Below, piece by piece: positions 7,687 to 16,747 of a stretch of 27,152 nt of DNA. A model generated the notes under the pieces. It was not told where the DNA came from. It worked only from the letters and a program-made list of their open reading frames with translations, and did no database searches. Every line of letters begins with the position of its first letter. Position 1 is the stretch's first letter. Made by a program: the position numbers and the translations under genes. This stretch comes from Candidatus Margulisiibacteriota bacterium (lineage in GTDB: Bacteria; Margulisbacteria; WOR-1; O2-12-FULL-45-9). The stretch spans positions 1 through 27,152 of the forward strand of contig JAYEOW010000045.1 in assembly GCA_034723395.1 (NCBI GenBank), written 5' to 3'.

Positions 7687-9302
7687 TCACCGGCACGCTC
7701 GAGGTTGGAAAGGACATCCAGGAAGATAACCCCCGCGGTAGACGAACATTCACCTTTGTTCAGGCGCCTGATATGGTTATCCCGGTAATCCTGTTCGATG
7801 GCATCGACTTTCCCTTCGATCTCCAGAGCTTTAAGCGCCGTATCTTTATCCCATTTTTCAAAAGCCATAAGCGAAGAGGAAACCGCATCTTCAACCTCCT
7901 TAAATAAAGTACGCAGCTCTTTTTGCGCCATTTCGGTGAACGGGACATTCTCTTCACTTTTCATCTCGACGAGGTCCATGATGTTCTCCGAAATATCCCC
8001 GATCCGCTCAATATCATGGATCAAGTGGAGAAATCCGGCGCTGGTCTTTGACTGATCTTCGGTAAGAGATTTTTGGTCCAGGCGGATCAGAAAGGAGGAA
8101 ATATCCTTTTCGAGCTCGTTTACCACGCGCTCCCTCTGCCTGATACTGTCGAATTTCTTCTGCCGGACATTCTCTTTGCTGTCAAAAATGCTATCGAAAG
8201 AGAGCCGCAGCATCTGCTGGGAGTAGACCCCCATGCGGGTAATCTCTTTTTTCGCCTGCCCGATCGCGATATCCGGCGTTACCAGCATACGGTCGTCAAG
8301 GAACTTGGTCCCGTGCTCGACGGTCTCGACCTCTCCCCTCACAATCTTGCTAACAACGAAAGCCAGGATCCCGGTCAGCGGCAGAAAGACCAAACAGTTC
8401 ACCACGTTGAAGACCGTATGCGTATTGGCCAGGTGCCTTTCCAGGTTCTGTCCGGCAAACGCATTCCCCGGAGTAATCAGATCGATAAAATAAAGGAAGG
8501 CCGGCTGTCCGGCGATCTTTACTTTTAACAGCGCGAGCATATAGACCGACCCCAGGACATTAAAGAGCGTATGCGCCCAGGCAGTCCGCTTAGCGGCAAT
8601 GTTCGCGTTGATCGCCGCAAGCTGCGCGGTGACCGTCGTCCCAATGTTCGTCCCCAGTATCAGGGCGAAGCCAATCTTAAAATCGATCAAGCCCACGCCG
8701 GCCAGGACAAGGATCACGCCGGTAGTGGCCGAACTCGACTGGACAACCATAGTCATCACCGCTCCGGTCAGGACCGCCAGGATCGGATTTTTACCAAAAG
8801 TCAAAAATATCTCCTTGAATTCGGGACTGCTCTTCAAAGGGACGAAGACACTGGTCATGACCTGCAGCCCGAAGAAAAGGAGCCCAAAACCAAGCAGCAC
8901 TTGCCCGAAATACTTCCATTGCTTACGCGGAACGAAAAAATTGAGGAATACGCCGACCCCGATAGCAAGCAAAGCGTATTTATGGATTTTGAAGGCGATA
9001 ATCTGCGCGGTAACGGTAGTCCCGATATTCGCGCCGTAAATGATGCCGATCGACTGTTTCAAGGTCATCAGACCGGCCTGGATAAAACCGATCAGCATTA
9101 TCGTGGTGGCGGAGCTCGATTGGACGATCGCGGTAACCCCAGCGCCCACAAAAACACCCATAAAAGTGTTCTTGGTCAGGAATTCGAGGACCTTGCGGAG
9201 GTTCTTTCCCGCGATCTTCTGTAAACCTTCCGACATAATCTTCATCCCCAAAAGAAACAGGCCTAATCCTCCTACCAGTCCGAACGCCAATGGGATTTGC
9301 AT
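7632..9302 (-). CDS. Na/Pi cotransporter family protein with C-terminal PhoU-like domains
   Basis: GGLGLFLLGM, two QSSSATT/GxNIGTT repeats, DIERIGD and NLERAGDHA motifs. Confidence 0.95.
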   Translation of the reverse strand: MQIPLAFGLVGGLGLFLLGMKIMSEGLQKIAGKNLRKVLEFLTKNTFMGVFVGAGVTAIVQSSSATTIMLIGFIQAGLMTLKQSIGIIYGANIGTTVTAQIIAFKIHKYALLAIGVGVFLNFFVPRKQWKYFGQVLLGFGLLFFGLQVMTSVFVPLKSSPEFKEIFLTFGKNPILAVLTGAVMTMVVQSSSATTGVILVLAGVGLIDFKIGFALILGTNIGTTVTAQLAAINANIAAKRTAWAHTLFNVLGSVYMLALLKVKIAGQPAFLYFIDLITPGNAFAGQNLERHLANTHTVFNVVNCLVFLPLTGILAFVVSKIVRGEVETVEHGTKFLDDRMLVTPDIAIGQAKKEITRMGVYSQQMLRLSFDSIFDSKENVRQKKFDSIRQRERVVNELEKDISSFLIRLDQKSLTEDQSKTSAGFLHLIHDIERIGDISENIMDLVEMKSEENVPFTEMAQKELRTLFKEVEDAVSSSLMAFEKWDKDTALKALEIEGKVDAIEQDYRDNHIRRLNKGECSSTAGVIFLDVLSNLERAGDHANNIARKVLEINAFSE

Positions 9303-10207
9303 TAATTAAGCCCCCCCAGCACATTTGTAATAGTCGGAAATTCCGCGGTAATACCGAATGTTCGAGGATTTGATACTTTGTAAACAAAATGCCTCTGGTC
9401 GAGACAATATTTATCCCATTCAGAAATTCTATTACCGGCCAAACGCTTTACCAATTTCGGCGATATCCTTATCTTAAAATATCTTTTTACTTTATAGTGA
9501 TCGCAGATAGCTTGAATAAGCTGATCAGCGGTTACCGGACCGTTCCCCAACACTAACTCCCGCTTTTTAAGCTCATTTTCTAGAATATATTTTACCACAA
9601 ACGCGATATCCTTTGCATGGATAAAATGGAATTCAAAATCGATCGATAAAAATCTAAGGAGCCAGAGCCATTTTTTTGCGCCGAGCAATCCCCCCATGGC
9701 GTGAGAATAGCGATGGCTGGCATCCCCGCCCAAAACCCAGGTCGGGAAAAGGGTAACGATCTTATCGTAGACCGGGAGCTCCGGCAGCTTTTTGTGGCAA
9801 TCGTATTTACCTTTTATATACGAAGTCCCGATCTCACCGACTTTATCGTTGACCTTATTGTCCGGCCCGAGAATACTTGCCGTGGAAAAATAGATGACCT
9901 TTTTGATCCTTGCCGGATCAAGCGCGTTAAAAAGATCGATCGTATATTCAAAATTGATCTCCGATGTCCCCCATCCCGCCGCGATATGGATAACATGGTC
10001 CATACCTTTTAAAAGATCGGAATATTTCTTAATGTTCATCATCTCATCATGGACGATCGCCACATTCGGGTATTTAGCAGGATCGAAGCTTAACTTGTGC
10101 GGATTGCTGACCAGCAGAAATAATTTATATTCCGGATTGCCTAAAATCAGATCGGCAAGGTAACTCCCCACACAACCACTGATCCCCGTAATAAATACAT
10201 TCTTCAT
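9302..10207 (-). CDS. NAD(P)-dependent epimerase/dehydratase (extended SDR)
   Basis: ITGISGCVG, FSTAS and YIKGK (YxxxK). Start is ATG 10207, just after the rfaD stop. Confidence 0.88.
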   Translation of the reverse strand: MKNVFITGISGCVGSYLADLILGNPEYKLFLLVSNPHKLSFDPAKYPNVAIVHDEMMNIKKYSDLLKGMDHVIHIAAGWGTSEINFEYTIDLFNALDPARIKKVIYFSTASILGPDNKVNDKVGEIGTSYIKGKYDCHKKLPELPVYDKIVTLFPTWVLGGDASHRYSHAMGGLLGAKKWLWLLRFLSIDFEFHFIHAKDIAFVVKYILENELKKRELVLGNGPVTADQLIQAICDHYKVKRYFKIRISPKLVKRLAGNRISEWDKYCLDQRHFVYKVSNPRTFGITAEFPTITNVLGGLN

Positions 10208-10208
10208 T

Positions 10209-11204
10209 TTAAAGGCGCGCGCAACCTTTCTCCAGATAATTCCGGACGTAATCCCCAACCCCCTCTTTAAGGCTGGAAAATTGGTGGCCGATCCCGGCCT
10301 TATTTAATTTACTAAGATCGGCTTGGGTAAAATACTGGTACTTATCCTTGATCTCTTCCGGCATATCTATATATTCAATATTCGGTCCCATTTTAAGCGC
10401 GGAAAAGATCGCATTCGCCAGATCGTTCCAGGTTTGCGCTTTACCCGTACCCAAATTAAAGATCCCCTTGGCTTTTTGATGTTCATAAAACCACCACATC
10501 ACTTCGATCGCGTCTTTAACATAGATAAAATCTCTCTTTTGCTCGCCGTCTTTATATTCGGGGCTATACGACCTAAAGAGCCTGATCTTCCCATCTTTTT
10601 TCACCTGTTCGTAAGCTTTGGCCACCAGGCTTCTCATGTTTTCCTTATGGTATTCGTTCGGCCCGAAAACATTAAAATATTTGAAGCCGACAACCTTATC
10701 GCTTAGATCATTGGTGATCAGCCAGAGGTCAAACAATTGCTTAGAGCGGCCGTAAAGATTTAGCGGAGCGAGCTTTAGGGAATTCTCGTCTTCATCCGAA
10801 TAACCGAGGCTCCCGTCGCCGTAGGTAGCGGCCGAACTTGCGTAATAGAACGGGATGTTTTCTTTCAATGCCCATTCCGCCAATGTTTTTGAATACTCAT
10901 AATTATTCTTCTCCAGATAATCGGCATCGGTCTCGGTGGTCGAAGAGCAGGCGCCGATATGAAAAACAGCTTTTACTTTCTCAGGGATCTTTCCTTTTTG
11001 AAAATCTTTCATAAAAGCGTCTTTCTCAAAATAATCGGCATACTTTTTATTGTCCAGGTTCTTCTTTTTTATATCCGAATCCATATGGTCCACCACCAGG
11101 ATATTGTTCTCCCCCATCTGGTTGAGTTTCCAGAGGAAACAGCTGCCAATAAAACCGGCGCCGCCGGTTAAAATAATTAAACTATCAGTTTCCCGTTTCT
11201 CCAT
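10209..11204 (-). CDS. rfaD: ADP-L-glycero-D-manno-heptose 6-epimerase
   Basis: TGGAGFIGS, FHIGACSSTTE, YASSAATYG, PLNLYGRSK, YFNVFGPNEYHK.NM.S and YQYFTQAD motifs. Confidence 0.93.
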   Translation of the reverse strand: MEKRETDSLIILTGGAGFIGSCFLWKLNQMGENNILVVDHMDSDIKKKNLDNKKYADYFEKDAFMKDFQKGKIPEKVKAVFHIGACSSTTETDADYLEKNNYEYSKTLAEWALKENIPFYYASSAATYGDGSLGYSDEDENSLKLAPLNLYGRSKQLFDLWLITNDLSDKVVGFKYFNVFGPNEYHKENMRSLVAKAYEQVKKDGKIRLFRSYSPEYKDGEQKRDFIYVKDAIEVMWWFYEHQKAKGIFNLGTGKAQTWNDLANAIFSALKMGPNIEYIDMPEEIKDKYQYFTQADLSKLNKAGIGHQFSSLKEGVGDYVRNYLEKGCARL

Positions 11205-12208
11205 TTAAAATTTAACCTCTTCCTGCCTTTTGTCAGATTGTTGCCGAATACATATCCGGCAAGCAGAGGGAGCGAAACGCTCGGTTCCACCCAGGCCATC
11301 GCATAGTTCGCCTTCTTGCCGATCTTCCCCCACGAACGTGCCTCGCTTAAGGTCGAGCTTGAAAGACCGCCATCCTGCGTAACCGCCGTCGTTACCTGGA
11401 TTGCGTAATCGTGCCCTTTGCTTTTGCCGTAAATACTCCCCATCACGATCGAATCGTTAATATAGTTTTTCGGCACTCCCCCCGCAACATAGATTGCCGC
11501 GGTCCTCTTTGAATTCACCACAATTTCTACAATCTCGCAGTTATCCTGGATCGCGTCGATCACCACCCCCGGCTCACCTGCCCGGTCCCGCTTTATCCGG
11601 TGCTCGGTCAACCCGATGCCGATCGAAGAATCATTTAAGGCGGGAATAAAAACAGGAACTCCATACTTTTTGCATTGGTATAAAATTGACTCTTTATCAT
11701 CGATCCTATCAGCCAAAGCTTCGACAAACGCACGGCTCGAATAATTGCCCGGCTTTAACCTATCGGCAGTCTCCCCGCAGAACGAATCAGCCATATATGC
11801 CTTTTCATCGTCAATATAGGTATCATAGATCCGGTCGATCCGCAGGTCCCTCAAAATCGAATCATCCGCGTTAGGCGAACCGACAAAGTGCCCATGTCCC
11901 AGCGCCGCGTAAAGGTCCTGGTAAATGATCGCTCCGGTCGAAACGATCACGTCCACCGCTCCGGAAACAACCAGGTCCCTGATTACCCGGCGTAAACCAG
12001 CCGCGATCAAAGGTCCGGCCAATCCCAGAAAAACGGTCGGTCGCCTTTTGTCTTTGTATAAATTTTTAAGTACTTCCGCACATTTGCCGATATTACGCGC
12101 CTGGATCGACATTCCCGCCATCGACTCAACCAGTTTGGCGACCGAAGTCGAACGATCGATTTTTATCTGCTTAACGCGCCGCTTAAGCAGATCTCTTTTC
12201 TTTTGCAT
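11177..12208 (-). CDS. Deoxyhypusine synthase-like protein (possible homospermidine synthase)
   Basis: IVSTGA, RIDRIYD, DSSIG, GGVPKN and DGGLSSST.SEA.SWGK with the catalytic Lys. Confidence 0.9.
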   Translation of the reverse strand: MQKKRDLLKRRVKQIKIDRSTSVAKLVESMAGMSIQARNIGKCAEVLKNLYKDKRRPTVFLGLAGPLIAAGLRRVIRDLVVSGAVDVIVSTGAIIYQDLYAALGHGHFVGSPNADDSILRDLRIDRIYDTYIDDEKAYMADSFCGETADRLKPGNYSSRAFVEALADRIDDKESILYQCKKYGVPVFIPALNDSSIGIGLTEHRIKRDRAGEPGVVIDAIQDNCEIVEIVVNSKRTAAIYVAGGVPKNYINDSIVMGSIYGKSKGHDYAIQVTTAVTQDGGLSSSTLSEARSWGKIGKKANYAMAWVEPSVSLPLLAGYVFGNNLTKGRKRLNFKWRNGKLIV

Positions 12209-12566
12209 CCAGCAGCTCCCTTATCTTGGCCAATAGATCTTCGGCCTTGAATGGCTTGGTGATATAAGCGTCCGCCCCCATCTCTCTCCCTCTTTCAATA
12301 TCGGAGGACTGGACCTTGGCCGAAAACATGATGATCGGTATATTTTTGAACCTTTCGTCATACTTTAACATGCGGCTAACCTTAAACCCGTCCATCTTCG
12401 GAAGCATGATATCCAGTATGATCAGGTCCGGTCTTTGGATCCGGGCTATATTTAATCCTTCCGGGCCGTCGCTGGCGACCAGCACTTCATATTTATTCGC
12501 CTCCAGCCTCAACTTTATTACATTCACCATATCCGGCTCGTCATCAACCACTAAGATGCGCTTCAT
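12183..12566 (-). CDS. Single-domain response regulator (receiver only)
   Basis: ILVVDDE, LDIMLP.MDG and YITKPF motifs; no output domain. Confidence 0.95.
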   Translation of the reverse strand: MKRILVVDDEPDMVNVIKLRLEANKYEVLVASDGPEGLNIARIQRPDLIILDIMLPKMDGFKVSRMLKYDERFKNIPIIMFSAKVQSSDIERGREMGADAYITKPFKAEDLLAKIRELLDAKEKRSA

Positions 12567-13894
12567 CGCTTTTCTCCCTTCGGTAAAATAAAAAAGAAAT
12601 TTGAGCCTTTCTCCGGTTCGCTCTCCGCCCTGATCTCTCCGCCGTGCATCTCGACTATCCCCCGGCAGATCGCAAGGCCCAGACCGGTCCCCTTTGAGGT
12701 TTCATCGAATTTTACAAAACGCATGAATATGCGCGGGATCGCCTTGGCCTCGATCCCCATCCCGTTATCTCTCACATAACAGCGGATCCACTCCCCAAGA
12801 TCCTCCGTCCCCACCTCGACCTCTCCGTTCTCGTTGGTGAACTTGATCGCATTGTCGAGCAAAATAATAAACACCCGGTAGATCTGTTCGGGATCGACCC
12901 AGGTGGTCAGGCCTTTCCCCATTTTATTGGTCATTTTGATATTCTTATTCTTCGCTTTTATCTCCATATCGGTCAGCGCCCTTTCACCGATCTTGCCGAT
13001 ATCCACCTTTTGCAAATCGAGCGCAAAAGAGCGGTTCTCAATCCTGGACAGGTCAAGCAGATTAGTAAGGATGTTTACAAGGCGGTCGATATTTTCCCGG
13101 CTCGAAGTCAACAACTTGCGCTGTTTTTCCCCGATCCCGCCGGCAATCCCATCCTCGACCAGGGAAACATTTTCCCTGATCAAAGAGAGCGGAGTACGCA
13201 GCTCGTGGGAAGCGTTGGCGACAAACTCATCCTTCAACCGGTTAATATCCTTCATCTCCTCCAGCATTTCCAAAAGCTCCCGGTTCTTCTTTAAAAGCGC
13301 CTGGCGGTGCTGTTTGAGCAGTTTCGAAAAATAGTAGATCGTGACCGCAAAAATAAGGAAGGAGAGCGTAATAAAAAGCGATTTATTGGTTATCGAGATT
13401 AATATCTCTTGGGGAGTTAGTTTCAGGTCGGTCTGGTAGATCGGCAGATATCCAAGATAAAAAGCAAGCAGCAGGCCCAGATAAAATAACGCGGAGAAAA
13501 AAGCAATGATAAAGACCGATAACGAATAATATGAAAACATCCCAAAACCGGACACCAGGATTAAGATCAAATACAGGAACCAGTATGGGCTCTCGACCCA
13601 CCCTGTAAAGTAGATCAGCAATGTGACTGCACAAACATCGAAGAACAGAAAAATAATATTTAGGGCCATTATCTGCCAGAGCTCAAATTTTTTCTTTAAA
13701 ATATAGATCAGATGGGCGGCCAGGTTATAAGCGGTGACAAAGATCAGCAAGTTCATCCCCGGACGGATATCCATCCGCAGGAAGTACCCGATGGCAAAAA
13801 GGAGCGCAATAACGGCGACGGTTGCGTAGCGGACCAGGATTGCCGAATAAAATTTATTCTTGATATCCCAGATTAGTAAAATATCTTGGCTCAT
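12563..13894 (-). CDS. Membrane sensor histidine kinase (HisKA + HATPase)
   Basis: Multi-TM N-terminus, SHELRTPL, LLDNAIKF, DNGMGI and GTGLGL motifs. Confidence 0.95.
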   Translation of the reverse strand: MSQDILLIWDIKNKFYSAILVRYATVAVIALLFAIGYFLRMDIRPGMNLLIFVTAYNLAAHLIYILKKKFELWQIMALNIIFLFFDVCAVTLLIYFTGWVESPYWFLYLILILVSGFGMFSYYSLSVFIIAFFSALFYLGLLLAFYLGYLPIYQTDLKLTPQEILISITNKSLFITLSFLIFAVTIYYFSKLLKQHRQALLKKNRELLEMLEEMKDINRLKDEFVANASHELRTPLSLIRENVSLVEDGIAGGIGEKQRKLLTSSRENIDRLVNILTNLLDLSRIENRSFALDLQKVDIGKIGERALTDMEIKAKNKNIKMTNKMGKGLTTWVDPEQIYRVFIILLDNAIKFTNENGEVEVGTEDLGEWIRCYVRDNGMGIEAKAIPRIFMRFVKFDETSKGTGLGLAICRGIVEMHGGEIRAESEPEKGSNFFFILPKGEKR

Positions 13895-14397
13895 TTGATC
13901 CAGAACATCCCGGTAATTTTGCGGTATTCGCGGTATTGGTCACCAAAGGACCTTTCTAAAACAATCTTCTCTTCGATATAGGCCTGCAGCCACATCCCCG
14001 CAAGGATAAACATCCCCAGATAAAAAGCATATACCGCCGCCCAGATCCACCACCAACCGACATAAATAAAAATTATCCCCAGATACATCGGATGGCGGAC
14101 AAACTGGAACGGCCCGGTATCGATCAGCTTATCCCCATCTTTCAAGACAGTTTTATACTCCCTGATCGCCCAGAGATAGATCCCCACCCCAAGCGCGATC
14201 GTGATATAACCGGCAATTCTCCACCAGAAAAAATCGAGCTCAAAACGGGGCTGTGGCGGAAAAACAGTCAATATCGGGAGCAGGCTCACTAATGGACCCA
14301 AACGAAAGGTCCACCTGAGTTTACCGCTCAAAAATGAATACCACAGGATGGCTGAAAGAATCAGGTAAGCGCCCAGAAGTAATAGTTGAATTTGCAT
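13891..14397 (-). CDS. Isoprenylcysteine carboxyl methyltransferase/PEMT-family membrane protein
   Basis: LIDTGPFQFVRHPMYLG and EE..L...FG..Y..Y motifs; SD-like AAAGGGG upstream. Confidence 0.88.
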   Translation of the reverse strand: MQIQLLLLGAYLILSAILWYSFLSGKLRWTFRLGPLVSLLPILTVFPPQPRFELDFFWWRIAGYITIALGVGIYLWAIREYKTVLKDGDKLIDTGPFQFVRHPMYLGIIFIYVGWWWIWAAVYAFYLGMFILAGMWLQAYIEEKIVLERSFGDQYREYRKITGMFWIK

Positions 14398-14514
14398 AAC
14401 ATTCCCCTTTCAAACCAGTATAATAATTGTTATGGGTTTAAAAATCAAGTTTATAAGATATTCCGAAAGAAATCTTTTATTACTGTTTTCCAGGGCAAAA
14501 GGATCGATATCAAT

Positions 14515-14543
14515 TTGCCATAGACCATTTCACTTTATATAAT
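14515..14543 (+). promoter_or_regulatory. Sigma70 promoter, probable leaderless transcript
   Basis: TTGCCA, 17 bp, TATAAT, 7 nt, ATG 14551; no SD. Confidence 0.7.
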
Positions 14544-14550
14544 AGCTTAA

Positions 14551-16695
14551 ATGTTATTAATTGCAATTGGCTTGATCGGCACCGCCGCGATAACTTCCCA
14601 GATCTTGTTGGTCCGTGAGATCATCAATTTGTTCGCCGGTAACGAACTATTTTATGGGCTGACTATCTTCCTCTGGCTGGGCCTCTACGCCGCGGGAAGC
14701 GGGCTTTTTGGCAGGCTCGCTCATAAGCTAAAAGAGAAATTTAACGCTTTTATTGCTTTACAGTTCGCGATCGCCACCCTCCTCCCGGCCGAGATCTTTA
14801 TTTCGAGGAGCATAAAAAACCTCTTCGGCATCCCCTTAGGAGCAACCGCCGACCTAAACACAACCTTGATCATTATCTTTATCCTCCTGGCTCCGATAAC
14901 CATGGTCCTCGGTTTCCAATTCTCATTGGCAAGCACGCTCTTATCGGAAATATTTAAAAAGGATTCAAGCCAGATCAGCCGGGTATACATAGCAGAAGCG
15001 GTCGGAGCAATCCTGGGGGGGATAGTCCTTACCTATCTATTCCTCTTCTTTTTAAACGCTTTTCAGATCGCCGCTATTTTAGGCGGACTGATCGCCCTTT
15101 CCTTAATCCTGCTTAACAAAAACAGCTCCCGCAAGTTCGGGAATACACTCTTAGTCATTTCGGCAATAATTCTATTAACCTCTCCCCTGCTTGATTACCA
15201 GTCTTCGCAGCTGGGCTGGAGAGGGTACAATTTGATCGAAAGCGCTGATTCTCCATACGGCAGAATTTCGATCCTGGAAGACCAAGGAGAGTATAATTTT
15301 TTCGAGAATGGATCGCTCTTTTTCTCTACCGCGGACAAAGTCGGCAACGAAGAGGTCGCGCACCTGGCAATGCTCCTCCACCCGAACCCGAAGAAAATCC
15401 TATTGATCGGCGGCGGGGTAAGCGGAATAACCGATGAATTTTTAAAATACAATCCGAAACGGTTCGACTATGTTGAGCTTGATTACAAGGTTATCGAACT
15501 GGCAAAGAAATTTAAAAGTTTCAATCCTAAAATAAATACCCATACTATCGACGGGATAGAATTTATCAACCGCACCGAAAACCGCTACGATCTGATAGTG
15601 GTCAATCTGCCCGATCCCGCGACCGCCCAGATTAACCGCTTTTATACTCAGGAATTTTTTAAAGGCTGTAAAAAGAGACTGGAGAAAAAGGGGATGTTGT
15701 GCATAACGCTAAACACGTCCCATTCATATATCGGCAAAGAGCTAAAATCGCTCAACCAGAGCATTAACAAAACATTTTCCAGCGTTTTTAAACATAGCGT
15801 GGTAATCCCGGGAAATTCAAATTATTTCTTCGGCTCCGAAAGCTGGATAAATGATAATCGCTGGACCCTGCGCCGGCGCTGGAGGGTGCGGAATATTAAA
15901 ACCGACTTTTTCAGGTCGGATACGCTGCGCTACCTGCTTTGGCCGAATAAAATAAAATATGTGAGCGAAAGTCTGGAATTTGACGATGCGACCCCGGTTA
16001 ACACGAACCTTAGGCCAATCTCGTATTATCTGGAGCTCCTGGTCTGGAGCAGCCATTTCTATCCTCCATTAAAGAGAATATTTTATGCTTTAATGCAAAT
16101 CCAATTCGTTCCATTTATCTCCTTACTGATTGTGTTTCTAGCTGGATTAAAGTTCGCTTCTATCAAAATCAGAAAACTGGCCCTCCCTTCGGTGGTCACC
16201 CTTTTAGGGTTCACCGGGATGGGCGTCCAATTGATACTTATCTATGCTTTTCAATCGCTTTATGGTTATGTTTACCAGACCATCGGACTTTTTACCGCCC
16301 TTTTTATGGGAGGCCTTACCTTAGGCAGTTTCTTAACTTACAAATTATCCGGCAGGACCAGAGATCCTCTAAGGGCGTTAAAGATGACCATATTTATCTT
16401 CCTGCTCATCCTTATCGCCATTTATATTTACCTGAACAAATTCCCGCTCCCCTTAGCATCGCTGCTGATCTCATTGCCGATCGGAGCCGCCTTCCCCCTA
16501 GCCGTTAAGATCCACGAAGAACATAAACCAGAGATTGGCGCGCTTGCCGGAATATTGTATGGATCCGATCTATTGGGCGGAGCACTGGCCGCAATTATCA
16601 CAACCATCTTCTTTATCCCGATATTCGGGGTGGTTCAGACTTTTATGATCGCGATCCTTTTTGGCATAGTCTCCCTTATCATGTCTTTTTCCTAG
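14551..16695 (+). CDS. Membrane-fused spermidine synthase-like / SAM-binding protein (MFS-like TM domains on both sides)
   Basis: About 7 N-terminal TMs, SPYGRI, ILLIGGG, VELD, DG..FI, YDLIVVNLPDP, RFYT.EFF, then about 6 C-terminal TMs. Confidence 0.85.
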   Translation: MLLIAIGLIGTAAITSQILLVREIINLFAGNELFYGLTIFLWLGLYAAGSGLFGRLAHKLKEKFNAFIALQFAIATLLPAEIFISRSIKNLFGIPLGATADLNTTLIIIFILLAPITMVLGFQFSLASTLLSEIFKKDSSQISRVYIAEAVGAILGGIVLTYLFLFFLNAFQIAAILGGLIALSLILLNKNSSRKFGNTLLVISAIILLTSPLLDYQSSQLGWRGYNLIESADSPYGRISILEDQGEYNFFENGSLFFSTADKVGNEEVAHLAMLLHPNPKKILLIGGGVSGITDEFLKYNPKRFDYVELDYKVIELAKKFKSFNPKINTHTIDGIEFINRTENRYDLIVVNLPDPATAQINRFYTQEFFKGCKKRLEKKGMLCITLNTSHSYIGKELKSLNQSINKTFSSVFKHSVVIPGNSNYFFGSESWINDNRWTLRRRWRVRNIKTDFFRSDTLRYLLWPNKIKYVSESLEFDDATPVNTNLRPISYYLELLVWSSHFYPPLKRIFYALMQIQFVPFISLLIVFLAGLKFASIKIRKLALPSVVTLLGFTGMGVQLILIYAFQSLYGYVYQTIGLFTALFMGGLTLGSFLTYKLSGRTRDPLRALKMTIFIFLLILIAIYIYLNKFPLPLASLLISLPIGAAFPLAVKIHEEHKPEIGALAGILYGSDLLGGALAAIITTIFFIPIFGVVQTFMIAILFGIVSLIMSFS

Positions 16696-16702
16696 AATTT
16701 CC

Positions 16703-16730
16703 TGAAATTACCTCCATGAATTCACGATAT
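16703..16730 (+). promoter_or_regulatory. Sigma28-like promoter motif, copy 2
   Basis: TGAAAT-tacctccatgaattca-CGATAT upstream of orphan ORF 16748. Confidence 0.7.
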
Positions 16731-16747
16731 ATTAGAGGATAAGGATA

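Noticed and set aside
8073..9387. Long antisense and alternative-frame ORFs (151, 217, 146, 135 aa), and similar ones over mscS, the kinase and ade
   Set aside because: Shadow ORFs of well-supported genes, with no motifs or initiation signals.
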